Shown: positions 48,730 to 58,794, counted from the stretch's first letter. The stretch is 64,000 nucleotides of DNA from Eubacteriales bacterium (GCA_045540175.1 JAZQGU010000047.1:187-64186); one strand, 5' to 3'. A program made the numbers and translations. The notes: generated from the sequence alone by a model not told the origin.

Positions 48730-50928
48730 TTACAGAATCTCGGCTTCCGCGATCGCTTTTACAACGTCTTCCTTAGCAGAAATGGTAAGATACGCTTTAT
48801 CGGAAACGGTAATTACAGTCTTTCCGCCAACGTTTTCTATCGGAAGCTCGTTGCCCTCGTACTCGTCTCTATAGGAAACGTTTCCGCAAGAAATGGCAAG
48901 CTTTGCGCTATCATTCTTGTGCCAGAGAGTTACATGGTACTTTCCGTTATGCTCAAAGCCGTAAGCGGTAATTCCATCCGGTGCGGAAAGACGGTCGTAA
49001 GGAACCATTTCCAAGCCGTCTCCGACCTTAAGGAGCGTATATTCCTTAACGGGATCACGGAGGAGCATTTTCTGTTTTTCCGTAAGCTGAGGACGGTATT
49101 CCTCCCAACGACGGATGACTTCGAGATTATCATATGCGCGCTTGTTTGTGGGAAGCTCCCAATTCGCGGGACAGATAAGAGTGATCGGGCAATCGTATGC
49201 CACCGCGCGGCTGATTCCAAACTCGTAAATATCGGGCTCGATATCCTCAAAGAAGTACCACCAGCCGAAGTCTACACGCGTAAAGTCTTGTCTGATCTGA
49301 TCCGCTTCATCGAACGGGAACTGAGTGAGATGCTTCTTGAAGGTTGCTGTCTGGAATACGTCGAAGGCATTACCTCCGCTCATCCAATGCCAGCCGAAGT
49401 GTGTCTTAGCAGCACCCTCGCAGAATTTTGGCGGATCGTTGAAGAGCTTGATAGTACGGTACTGCGCATTAGAAACGTGATAATCGTGAGGAGGAGGTGT
49501 TCCCTCGGAGCCGTCCATGTAGCAGAACTCGAATCCGCAGTTATATAGGTCTGCGATCTTTGCGCTGACCTCTTCCTGAAGCGAGGAATTCTGGTCAACA
49601 TATACGCTCGTTCCGCTGAATTCCGAAATATCGAGCGTTCCGCCTATCTGTCCGATAGGATGCTCCACTACGTTTGTATTAAAGTGTCCGCGCTTACAGC
49701 CGAGGAACGCGTAAGGCGGCTCGGTCGTGTAGCTTTCGTAATGGATAAGCTCGCCGCCGAACTGAAGAACACGGCAGTCTACCTGCATAGGAGCATCGGC
49801 AGTCGGCTGTTCAACGTATACCGTAGTATCGCTCTCCGAAAGGGGCTTCGCGAGCGTGAAATGACGGGTAAGATTTAATCTGTGATCGGCTACGGGTGTA
49901 ACGTAACGGCTTTCGATTCCAATATGTGTCTGAAGGAAGTGAAGTCCGGGAGTGAAGCCCTCCGCCTTGACCTTATCGAGGAACTCCTTAACGTCAGAAG
50001 GTCCGTTCGGGAATCTTTCGTTATAGTCGTAATTGCCATGGAGAGCGTATCCTCTCTTTGGCGGAATAAAGAAATACGAATCGGAGAAGAGGAGCTTAGT
50101 AATTCCGCACTTTTTCGCAATATCGATAACGTAATCGAAGTCAGCATTTCTATGGAGGTAGAGACCCGGAACACGAAGAATAGACGTTTTATTGCTCGGG
50201 TCGCGGCGGCTCTTGACTCCGCGGGGAAGGTCAAGCTTTTCCTCGAACACGTCAATGGCATCAAGCATGCTTTCCTTGCCCTCGGTGCAAATAAGAGCAC
50301 AAGAGCAGCCGACGAGCTTGATTCCGCGGATAGCGTCTGCGGTAAGAGTGAGCGCGCCGTTATCACGCTTTTCGTGGTCGATTCTCGTAGCGGTAGAGGT
50401 TCCGATAACTGCTACTGCAGCGTCATCGTCCCAGGTAACGTTAAGCCACTGACCGAAGTTCTCCATTCTCTTGACAGAGAGACTGAGAAGGCGGAATTCC
50501 TGAACGGGCGGAACGTCCATATTCAGCTTATGACCTGATCCCGGCACAGTCTCAAAATCCGATGAGGTTATAATAAAATCACCGAGGCGGAAGATAACGT
50601 ATTCGTCTTCTATCTCAACGTCTACCCAAGCACCGAAGGTTACAAGGTCGAAATATACTCTGATACGTCCGTCAACAAGCTCAACGCTCTTTGCGCCGAA
50701 AGTGGTTCTCTTATTCGGATACATAAGCTTTATTTCGTTATTAAAAGGTCTGTTTTCCGTAAGCGAGAAAACGGGTATCGAAGCACTCTTGTCGAGCAGG
50801 TCTCTGCCGTTTTTCTTCAGTATCAGACTTTCGGCAAGCGCGTTTTTACCGACTGTAAGAGTAAAATGTCTGTTCTCAATAACGATGCTTCCGTCGGGAT
50901 TCGAAAATAATCTTTTAACGTTACTCAT
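48730..50928 (-). CDS. Uncharacterised glycoside-hydrolase-like protein, copy 1
   Basis: Tandem paralog of 46481-48679; AAGGAG RBS before ATG 50928. Confidence 0.5.
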   Translation of the reverse strand: MSNVKRLFSNPDGSIVIENRHFTLTVGKNALAESLILKKNGRDLLDKSASIPVFSLTENRPFNNEIKLMYPNKRTTFGAKSVELVDGRIRVYFDLVTFGAWVDVEIEDEYVIFRLGDFIITSSDFETVPGSGHKLNMDVPPVQEFRLLSLSVKRMENFGQWLNVTWDDDAAVAVIGTSTATRIDHEKRDNGALTLTADAIRGIKLVGCSCALICTEGKESMLDAIDVFEEKLDLPRGVKSRRDPSNKTSILRVPGLYLHRNADFDYVIDIAKKCGITKLLFSDSYFFIPPKRGYALHGNYDYNERFPNGPSDVKEFLDKVKAEGFTPGLHFLQTHIGIESRYVTPVADHRLNLTRHFTLAKPLSESDTTVYVEQPTADAPMQVDCRVLQFGGELIHYESYTTEPPYAFLGCKRGHFNTNVVEHPIGQIGGTLDISEFSGTSVYVDQNSSLQEEVSAKIADLYNCGFEFCYMDGSEGTPPPHDYHVSNAQYRTIKLFNDPPKFCEGAAKTHFGWHWMSGGNAFDVFQTATFKKHLTQFPFDEADQIRQDFTRVDFGWWYFFEDIEPDIYEFGISRAVAYDCPITLICPANWELPTNKRAYDNLEVIRRWEEYRPQLTEKQKMLLRDPVKEYTLLKVGDGLEMVPYDRLSAPDGITAYGFEHNGKYHVTLWHKNDSAKLAISCGNVSYRDEYEGNELPIENVGGKTVITVSDKAYLTISAKEDVVKAIAEAEIL

Positions 50929-50946
50929 AGCTTGATTCTCCTTAAA

Positions 50947-50962
50947 AAAACGTGCACGTTTT
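50947..50962. promoter_or_regulatory. Palindromic operator candidate
   Basis: Perfect 16-bp palindrome AAAACGTGCACGTTTT just upstream of the RBS. Confidence 0.5.
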
Positions 50963-51127
50963 CCGTGCATTACTAAGTTATTTTTAACACGAGCACGAAC
51001 GTATTGTCAAGCACTTTTTGCTTTTTTCTTGAAATATTTTATCTATTTTTCGAAGAAGTATTGACTGCCGTACGCGAACTGATATAATAGGATTATAATT
51101 TATGTAAATTAAGCGAGGTAATCACAA

Positions 51128-51925
51128 ATGAGTATGAAAATATTGACCTTTAATATCTGCTGCGGAGGAAACGAAACCGGACATTCCCACATAGAACGCG
51201 CACCGCGTATTATAAGCGTTCTTGAAAAATACAAGCCCGATATAATCGGTTTCCAGGAAGCTACTCCCCGCTGGTTCGAGCTTTTGAACGACTATTTCGA
51301 TGCGAATGGCTTTGAGGTCTTCAATATGTACCGTGCCGAGAGCAATAAGGAATCGACCCCCATGCTTTGGAAAAAGGATCGCTTCGAGTGTCTTGACAAA
51401 GGATATTTCTGGCTTTCCGACACTCCCGAGGTCGAGTCAAAGGGCTGGGACGAATATGACTGTCACAGAATCTGTATGTGGGCTAAGCTTAAGGATCTCA
51501 CTAACGGCAAGATCTTCCTCGCAGCAAACACACACTTCGGCTTCGGCGATCAGTGCCAGACCGACAGCGCACGTCTCGTTCTCGACCGCGTAAATGCACA
51601 CGGCATTGATGCGACGTTCGTTACCGCAGACTACAATTTTACCTGTGACATGCTCGGCTATGCGGTGATGACAAAGGAATTTATCGATGTTACAGCTTCA
51701 ACAACCGGCGATAATGCCCCGACCTACCACGGATACGATCAGCGCAACGCGCTGCCCGATGACGAGTTGAAGCTGACGGCCAATACCTTCGGCGAACATA
51801 TCGACTTCTGCTTCGCTAACCCCAAGGGAATCACCCCGATAAGCGGTAAAGTCCTCCGCGAGCACTTCGACGGACTGTTCCCGTCAGACCATAACCCTGT
51901 TCTTTTTGAGATTGAAATCAAATAA
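51128..51925 (+). CDS. Endonuclease/exonuclease/phosphatase (EEP) family protein
   Basis: LTFNI, PDIIGFQE, FWLSDTP, NTH, DYN, IDF, SDHNP. Confidence 0.9.
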   Translation: MSMKILTFNICCGGNETGHSHIERAPRIISVLEKYKPDIIGFQEATPRWFELLNDYFDANGFEVFNMYRAESNKESTPMLWKKDRFECLDKGYFWLSDTPEVESKGWDEYDCHRICMWAKLKDLTNGKIFLAANTHFGFGDQCQTDSARLVLDRVNAHGIDATFVTADYNFTCDMLGYAVMTKEFIDVTASTTGDNAPTYHGYDQRNALPDDELKLTANTFGEHIDFCFANPKGITPISGKVLREHFDGLFPSDHNPVLFEIEIK

Positions 51926-51930
51926 ACAAA

Positions 51931-51963
51931 AAAATAAAACCGCCTGTTGGCGGTTTTATTTTT
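51931..51963. terminator. Bidirectional terminator
   Basis: AAAATAAAACCGCC-TGTT-GGCGGTTTTATTTT. Confidence 0.8.
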
Positions 51964-52961
51964 TATTCTTTTGCAATTGAGAGTTCTTTTCCTTCTTTGA
52001 ATTTCAGCGCGGTCAGTCCGAATTTTTCGGTCAGGCGGACGCGGTTTCTGCCGTTTTGCCCGATCGCTTTTGAGAGCGATCCCTTCGGGACGGTAACTGT
52101 TACCCTTTTCGGAGCTTCAAGCTCGGAAATTAGTTTTTCAAGCTCTCTGTAATACAGCTCGCCTTCGACGAGCTCGCCCATTGCGGGATGATAATAACCG
52201 CAGGCGATCTCCTCGCCCGAGTTAAGCTCTGTTCCCGAGTGAAGCCCTATGCGAAGCACCTTTACGCCGTTTTTCCTGAAAATTTCAAGTACAGACGCAG
52301 ACCTATTCACAAGCTCTTCCTCCGAAAGCGGTATATATTCGCCGCTTTCGACCATATTCACGAGATGCGTATTTTTAAGGATGACTATCGGGTATATCCG
52401 CGTCTCGCTTGCGCCGAGGGCGCATATCAGCTTTGCTGTTTCGATCTCGCTTTCGCCGTCCGACATTGGAAGTCCTATCATCATTTGTCCGACAAGCTCA
52501 AATCCGCGTTCCTTTATCAGCTTACAGGCGTTAACGGTATCTGAAAGCGTATGTCCTCTTTTGCTCGCGGCAAGGACCTTATCCGATGCGCTCTGGATTC
52601 CGAGCTCGATCGTTTTGACAGAATACTTTCCGAGAATATCAAGGATCTCTCCGCTGATATAGTCGGGGCGTGTTGACAGTCTTATAGAGCTTACCTGACC
52701 TGCCCTTACGTATTCTTCGGCAATCTCAAGCAGAGAAACCATAAGACCTCGGTCGATTCCCGTGAACGATCCGCCGAAAAATGCGATCTCGCTTTCCCTT
52801 TCGCCTGCCGTTGACAGCGCGTCCTCGATCTGCCTTCTCACGTTCGATATATCAAAATGCGTTCTGCCCGAAATACTGCGCTGGTTACAGAACGCACAGT
52901 CATTCGGGCAGCCGAGATGCGGTATGAAGATTGGTATGTTGATGTGTTTGTTTTCTTTCAT
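51963..52961 (-). CDS. Radical SAM protein (Elp3-like family usually found downstream of rnc in Clostridia)
   Basis: IPIFIPH.GCPNDCAFCNQ, AFFGGSFT, RLSTRPD, IELGIQS, RIYP. Confidence 0.88.
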   Translation of the reverse strand: MKENKHINIPIFIPHLGCPNDCAFCNQRSISGRTHFDISNVRRQIEDALSTAGERESEIAFFGGSFTGIDRGLMVSLLEIAEEYVRAGQVSSIRLSTRPDYISGEILDILGKYSVKTIELGIQSASDKVLAASKRGHTLSDTVNACKLIKERGFELVGQMMIGLPMSDGESEIETAKLICALGASETRIYPIVILKNTHLVNMVESGEYIPLSEEELVNRSASVLEIFRKNGVKVLRIGLHSGTELNSGEEIACGYYHPAMGELVEGELYYRELEKLISELEAPKRVTVTVPKGSLSKAIGQNGRNRVRLTEKFGLTALKFKEGKELSIAKE

Positions 52962-53012
52962 ATCAATACCGTTAATGTTGTAAATAATGAACTTGTGATT
53001 GTGTTCTTACTA

Positions 53013-53123
53013 ACTTTTCTTACTCGTGTAAGAAAAGTAACAAAAGAATCACGCCAAGGGGCAAACCGATAAAATTTTGCTTTGCAAAATTTTATACGTT
53101 TTCCCCTTTGGAATCCCCTTTCG
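53013..53123 (-). repeat. AAGGGG/CCCCTT structured element, copy 3
   Basis: Homologous to 19106-19217. Confidence 0.8.
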
Positions 53124-53139
53124 GATTAAGGAAGCTTCG

Positions 53140-53430
53140 CCACGTCGTCAGCCTTCCCCAGCGGGGGAAGGGGGACCGCAGACGCTGCGTCTGCGGTGGA
53201 TGAGGTGTTCGGTTGTGATGTAACATTGTTTCAACACGGGAGGAGCGCGTGGGGTTCCCCGAAACGAGCGAACGCGAGTTTTGGGGGTTCCGAGCAAGCC
53301 CCTCCCCTACCGAAGGTAGAGTGAACGTTGTCTTGCCTTCCCCTCAGGGGAATGGTGCAAGAGGCAGAGCCTCGGATGAGGTGTAGCCGTCGCAGACGGC
53401 GTTGTAGGGGGCGACGTCCTCGGCGCTGCG
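53140..53430. repeat. REP-like cluster H
   Basis: Contains reverse-complement copies of modules seen in clusters C, F and I. Confidence 0.85.
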
Positions 53431-53460
53431 CATTAAAAAAGCGTTTAACGTAAGTTCAAA

Positions 53461-54171
53461 TTACGCCTTAGTGAAATCAAAGAGCGTCAATGCTTCCTTT
53501 GCGGCACTTTGTTCCGCTTTACGCTTTGATGCTCCCTCTCCTCTGCCGATCACGTTTCCGTTCAGACGAACCTCGACAAAGAAGGTTTTTTCATGTGCGG
53601 GGCCCTTTTCGCCAACCGTAACGTATTCGAGGAGCGAGCCTCTTTCCTGCTGGATAAACTGCTGAAGCGCAGTCTTATAATCGCGGTCCGCGCCGCTTTC
53701 GACTATTTTGTCGATCTCCTCTGAGATTATCGGCAGAAGGAATCCGCGCACCGGCTCGATTCCGCCGTCAAGATATATTGCGGCAAGAAGCGCTTCGAAG
53801 GCGTCTGCAAGGATCGACGGACGGTTTCGTCCGTTTTGGCACTCCTCTCCGTGACCGAGACGCAGGTACGCACCGAGGTCAATTTTTCCCGCAAACGAGC
53901 AGAGTGTCTTTTCACAAACTGCCGACGCTCTCGTTTTCGACATTTCTCCCTCCGGGAGCTCCGGAAAATTCTCATATAGATATCGGCTTGTTATCAGGCT
54001 GAGCACCGAGTCGCCGAGGAATTCAAGACGCTCGTTACAGTCGATACCGTCCTTTGCCTCGTTCGAATATGACGAATGCGTCGTCGCAACGAGGATATGT
54101 ATCGGGTTTTTAAATGTGTAGCCGATCGTCTTTTCAAGCTCCGAAAGCGGAGCCGGATATTTTTTGTTCAT
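53461..54171 (-). CDS. rnc: Ribonuclease III
   Basis: THSSY, NERLEFLGDSVL, ADAFEA, DYKT.LQ dsRBD. Confidence 0.97.
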   Translation of the reverse strand: MNKKYPAPLSELEKTIGYTFKNPIHILVATTHSSYSNEAKDGIDCNERLEFLGDSVLSLITSRYLYENFPELPEGEMSKTRASAVCEKTLCSFAGKIDLGAYLRLGHGEECQNGRNRPSILADAFEALLAAIYLDGGIEPVRGFLLPIISEEIDKIVESGADRDYKTALQQFIQQERGSLLEYVTVGEKGPAHEKTFFVEVRLNGNVIGRGEGASKRKAEQSAAKEALTLFDFTKA

Positions 54172-54176
54172 TTCCC

Positions 54177-55196
54177 TTACTGCTTATCCTCTGTAATAAT
54201 ATTCGGCACGACGAGCTTGGCGATCTTATAAGTTACCGCGTTGTCGACGCAGGAGAGCGCCTGACGGATCGCGTTTTTGATCGCGTAAGCATCTGAGCTT
54301 CCGTGTGCCTTGATAACTGTTTTTGAAAGTCCGAGAAGTGGAGCTCCGCCGTACTCCGACGCATCGAAGCTCTTTTTCATCTTCTTAAGTCCGCCCTTAA
54401 CGCCGAGGTAAGACGCCTTGGTGATCGGATTTGCGGTAAACACGTCGGTGAGCTTGCTGATAATGAACTTAGAAAGTCCCTCGCTGAGCTTGAGAACGAT
54501 ATTGCCGGAGAAGCCGTCGCATACGAGGACATCGCACTTGCCGTTCGGCACGTCCTTACCCTCGATATTTCCGACGAAATTGATCCCCTCGGCATTCTCA
54601 AGAAGCTCGTAAGCTGCCGCTACGGTCTTTGTTCCCTTTATTCTCTCCTCGCCTATATTGAGCAGTCCCACGCGTGGATTTTCAACTCCGAGGATCTCCC
54701 TCATATAGACGGTTCCCATCTGAGCAAACTGAACGTAGGTCTCGGGCGGGATCTCGATATTCGCGCCGCTGTCCATAAGCATAGTGGGATTGGCATAAGG
54801 CAGGATCGTCGCAATTCCCGACTTCTGTATTCCCTTTATTCTTCTTACGATAAGGGTCGAGCCTGCGTGAAGTGCGCCCGTGTTACCTGCGCTGACGAAT
54901 GCGTCGCCCTTGCCGTCGGAGAGGAGCTTAAGGCCGATTCCCATTGAGGAATCCTTCTTTGCTCTTACGACCGAAAGAGGCTGATCCTCCATCGTGATCA
55001 CACCGTCGGTATGTACTATTTCGATATTCGGCAGGTCGAGGGAAAACTCTCTTGCCGAAGCGATAGCGCGCATAATTGCCTCGTTGCCGACAAAGGTAAA
55101 GCCGACGTTCGGGTTTTCGCTCGCCGCCTCGTAAGCGCCGAGCAGTATTTCGAGAGGAGCTTTATCTCCGCTCATAATATCTACGATTATTCTCAT
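54177..55196 (-). CDS. plsX: Phosphate acyltransferase PlsX
   Basis: D.M.GD.AP, VSAGNTGA, GLLNIGEE..KG, DGFSGN..LK..EG, KAHGSS. Confidence 0.97.
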   Translation of the reverse strand: MRIIVDIMSGDKAPLEILLGAYEAASENPNVGFTFVGNEAIMRAIASAREFSLDLPNIEIVHTDGVITMEDQPLSVVRAKKDSSMGIGLKLLSDGKGDAFVSAGNTGALHAGSTLIVRRIKGIQKSGIATILPYANPTMLMDSGANIEIPPETYVQFAQMGTVYMREILGVENPRVGLLNIGEERIKGTKTVAAAYELLENAEGINFVGNIEGKDVPNGKCDVLVCDGFSGNIVLKLSEGLSKFIISKLTDVFTANPITKASYLGVKGGLKKMKKSFDASEYGGAPLLGLSKTVIKAHGSSDAYAIKNAIRQALSCVDNAVTYKIAKLVVPNIITEDKQ

Positions 55197-55201
55197 AGCT
55201 A

Positions 55202-56533
55202 TTACTCCAAATTCTCAAATATTTCCTTTATATATGAAAGAGCTCTTTCGGAAAGGTACTGATTTCTAACTGCCTTTCCGCCTTTTATTTTCTTATCGGG
55301 GGCTGCGATGATGCCGAAGTTCACATTCATCGGCTGGAAAGCCGTGACTGTGCGGTCGCTGACGTAATTTGCAAGCGCGCCGATAGCCGAGCGGTTATCG
55401 GGGGTAAAGGGAGCAAGTCCCTTCATTTTTCTTGCGGCGTTGAAGCCCGCGAGCCAGCCCGACGAGCAGGATTCGATATATCCTTCAACTCCCGTCATCT
55501 GTCCCGCAAAATAGATATTTCCGTTGCTTATCAGCGAATAATCGGAATTAAGGAGCTTCGGGGAATTTATGTAGGTGTTTCTGTGCATCACGCCGTAGCG
55601 GAGAAATTCCGCACTCTCAAGACCGGGGATCATTCTGAACACACGTCTTTGAGCTTCAAAGGTCAGATGAGTCTGGAATCCGACGAGATTGTACATCGTT
55701 TTCTCGGCATTTTCCTGACGGAGCTGAATTACCGCGTAAGGATCGCGGTCGGTTCCGGGATAAGGAAGTCCGACGGGCTTAAGCGGGCCGAAAAGAAGCG
55801 TTTCGCGTCCTCTTTTTGCCATTACTTCAACCGGCATACAGCCTTCAAAAACCGTTACGTCCTTCTGGCTTTCGCGGTCGAAATCCTTAAGCGGTGCTTC
55901 CTCTGCGCTTATAAGCGCTTCGTAGAAAGCGTCGTACTCGTCCTTTTCCATCGGACAGTTTATATAGCAGGGATCGCCCTTGCCGTAACGCGATGCGAAA
56001 TACGCCTTACTCATATCGATGGTCGAAGCATCGACTATCGGTGCCGCGGCGTCGAAAAAGCTGAGGTAGCTTTCGCCGAGAATCTCGCCGAGGTGCTTTG
56101 CAAGTGCGTCGGACGTAAGGGGTCCCGTCGCAACGACGGTGATACCGTCCTTCGGAAGCTCGGTCACCTCACCGTCGACTATGGTGATGTTCGGCATCGA
56201 GCGTATCTTCTCCGTCACATAGTCGGAAAAGCGGTATCTGTCGACTGCAAGCGCCGCACCTGCGGGGACTGCCGTTGCGTCTGCCGCCTCCATAATGAGC
56301 GAACCGAGGATCCTGAGCTCCTCCTTGAGGAGTCCGACCGCGTTTGTAAGCTGAAGCGAGCGCAGAGAGTTTGAGCAGACAAGCTCTGCCATTCCCTCAT
56401 AGTGATGCGCGGGTGAATATTTCTGCGGCTTCATCTCGTGAAGAACGACCTCACAGCCCATCTTCGCCGCCTGATATGCCGCCTCGGAGCCGGCAAGACC
56501 CGCTCCGATTACGTGAATAATGTCAGTTTTCAT
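55202..56533 (-). CDS. trmFO: tRNA (uracil-54)-methyltransferase TrmFO
   Basis: GAGLAGSEAA, AELVCSNS, FEGCMP.E, GFQT.L, AGQMTGVEGY. Confidence 0.96.
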   Translation of the reverse strand: MKTDIIHVIGAGLAGSEAAYQAAKMGCEVVLHEMKPQKYSPAHHYEGMAELVCSNSLRSLQLTNAVGLLKEELRILGSLIMEAADATAVPAGAALAVDRYRFSDYVTEKIRSMPNITIVDGEVTELPKDGITVVATGPLTSDALAKHLGEILGESYLSFFDAAAPIVDASTIDMSKAYFASRYGKGDPCYINCPMEKDEYDAFYEALISAEEAPLKDFDRESQKDVTVFEGCMPVEVMAKRGRETLLFGPLKPVGLPYPGTDRDPYAVIQLRQENAEKTMYNLVGFQTHLTFEAQRRVFRMIPGLESAEFLRYGVMHRNTYINSPKLLNSDYSLISNGNIYFAGQMTGVEGYIESCSSGWLAGFNAARKMKGLAPFTPDNRSAIGALANYVSDRTVTAFQPMNVNFGIIAAPDKKIKGGKAVRNQYLSERALSYIKEIFENLE

Positions 56534-58772
56534 AGTTTTCGGGAGATATTTCCTTTTTAAAACCGCAGTCCTTTTCCGCGCAAACGAGCTGATTCTTGCC
56601 TTTCTTATAGTAAAGGATCTTGCCGCAGTCGGGGCAGGTCTCGTTTACCGGCTTATCCCAGGAGCTGAAGTCGCACTCGGGGTAATTTTCGCAGGAATAA
56701 TAGACACTTCTGTTTTTACCGTTACGAAGAACGATATTTCCGCCGCACTTCGGACAGTTCACTCCAATCGGGCGGAGGATCGGCTTCGTATTCTTACATT
56801 TCGGATAATCGGAGCATGCGTAGAATTCGCCGTAACGTCCCTTGCGCTTAAGCATTTCCTTACCGCAAAGCTCGCATACCATATCGGTCTTTTCGGCGGT
56901 CTCCTTCTTGACAAGCTCCTTGCCGTCCTTATCGATCGGCTTTGTGTTCTTACACTCGGGGTAATTCGGACAAGCGGCGAATTTGCCGTATCTGCCCTGG
57001 CGGATTATCATTTTTGCTCCGCACTTATCGCAGATAATGTCGGTCTCGACGACAGGCACCTCGACCTCTTCTTTCTCGACCGTTGCTTCCGCTTTCGCCA
57101 GGTGCTCACTGAAGCCCTGATAAAAATCGGAAAGGACAGTTATCATATCGGTGTCGCCGCCTGCGATACTGTCGAGCGAATCCTCCATCTGTGCCGTGAA
57201 CTCATAGTCAACGATATCGGAGAAATGCTCGACCATAAGCTTGGTCGTGACGATTCCGAGCTGAGTGGGCTTAAGTGATTTACCCTCTCTTGCCACGTAT
57301 CCGCGGGAAATTATCGTAGTGACGATGGGAGCAAACGTCGAAGGACGTCCGATTCCCTTCTCTTCAAGGAACTTGATGAGCGAGCCCTCGTTGAAGCGCG
57401 CGGGCGGCTCTGTAAAATGCTGAACGGGGTTGAGTTCACGAAGAGCAAGGACATCGTTTTCCTTTATTTCGGGAAGAAGTCCCTTTCTTTCTTCACCCTC
57501 CTCAACGTAATCGTATACCGCCATAAATCCCGCGAACTTGACGGACGATCCCGATGCACGGAAATTATAAGCGCCGGCAGAGATCTCTGCGTTTACGGTA
57601 TCGACCTGTGCGGACGCCATCTGAGAAGCGATGAAGCGGCTGAAAATAAGCTTATAAAGCTTATACTGGTCATTCGTGAGGTATTTCTTTATCATATCCG
57701 GCTCAAGCGCGATATTCGACGGGCGGATCGCCTCGTGCGCGTCCTGCGCTCCTGCCTTTGTCTTGTATACTCTTTTTGTACTCGGGCAGTGATCGGAGCC
57801 GTACTTTTCCGATATATAATTCTTTGCGTTTTCCGACGCCTCATCCGAGACGCGAAGCGAGTCGGTACGCATATAGGTAATAAGACCCTGCACGCCGCCG
57901 TTACTGCTTCCGACGTTGATACCCTCGTAAAGCTCCTGCGCGACCTTCATTATCTTCTGCGAATTGAAGCCGAGCTTCTTTGAAGCCTCCTGCTGCATCG
58001 TAGATGTCGTGAATGGCGGGAGAGGATTTCTCATTTTTACGGTCTTTTTGACCGAATTTACGGTAAAGGGCTGACCCGAAACGGCGTCAAAAACAGCCTT
58101 TGCGTCATTTTCGTTCTTAAGCTCGCTCTTTTTGCCGTTCTTGCCGTAATAATGAGCTGTGAGAACAGATCCGGACGCGGTCTGAAGATGCGCATCAATC
58201 GTCCAATACTCCTGCGGAATGAATGCGTTTATCTCGTTTTCGCGGTCAACGACGATTCTCGTCGCAACAGACTGAACGCGTCCTGCCGAAAGTCCCGAGC
58301 GAACGGTCTTCCACAGGAACGGGGAAAGCTTATATCCGACGATTCTGTCAAGGATTCTTCTCGCCTGCTGTGAATTGACAAGCTCGATATCAATATTTCG
58401 CGGCTCCTTGATAGCGCTCTTGATCGCGGTCTTTGTAAGCTCGTTAAAGGTTATTCTTTTCGTCTTTTCGATCGGAATACCGAGAACGTTCGCAAGATGC
58501 CAGGATATCGCCTCACCCTCGCGGTCAGGGTCGGTCGCAAAGTATATCTTCGATGCGTTCTTCGCCTCTTTTTTGAGCTCCTTTATGATGTCGCCCTTAC
58601 CGCGGATATTGATATAATGAGCTTCGAAGCCGTTTTCTATATCAACGCCGAGTGAGCTTTTCGGAAGGTCTCGAAGATGGCCCTTTGACGCAACGACCTT
58701 ATAGTTTGAACCGAGATAGTTCTTTATCGTCGGCGCCTTGAAGGGAGACTCGATTATTACAAGATTTGCCAT
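56523..58772 (-). CDS. topA: DNA topoisomerase I
   Basis: IIESP.KA, ATDPDREGE, SAGRVQS, ITYMRTDS, C-terminal Zn-ribbon repeats. Confidence 0.97.
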   Translation of the reverse strand: MANLVIIESPFKAPTIKNYLGSNYKVVASKGHLRDLPKSSLGVDIENGFEAHYINIRGKGDIIKELKKEAKNASKIYFATDPDREGEAISWHLANVLGIPIEKTKRITFNELTKTAIKSAIKEPRNIDIELVNSQQARRILDRIVGYKLSPFLWKTVRSGLSAGRVQSVATRIVVDRENEINAFIPQEYWTIDAHLQTASGSVLTAHYYGKNGKKSELKNENDAKAVFDAVSGQPFTVNSVKKTVKMRNPLPPFTTSTMQQEASKKLGFNSQKIMKVAQELYEGINVGSSNGGVQGLITYMRTDSLRVSDEASENAKNYISEKYGSDHCPSTKRVYKTKAGAQDAHEAIRPSNIALEPDMIKKYLTNDQYKLYKLIFSRFIASQMASAQVDTVNAEISAGAYNFRASGSSVKFAGFMAVYDYVEEGEERKGLLPEIKENDVLALRELNPVQHFTEPPARFNEGSLIKFLEEKGIGRPSTFAPIVTTIISRGYVAREGKSLKPTQLGIVTTKLMVEHFSDIVDYEFTAQMEDSLDSIAGGDTDMITVLSDFYQGFSEHLAKAEATVEKEEVEVPVVETDIICDKCGAKMIIRQGRYGKFAACPNYPECKNTKPIDKDGKELVKKETAEKTDMVCELCGKEMLKRKGRYGEFYACSDYPKCKNTKPILRPIGVNCPKCGGNIVLRNGKNRSVYYSCENYPECDFSSWDKPVNETCPDCGKILYYKKGKNQLVCAEKDCGFKKEISPENYEN

Positions 58773-58794
58773 TTATTTTCTCCTAAAGGGGATT

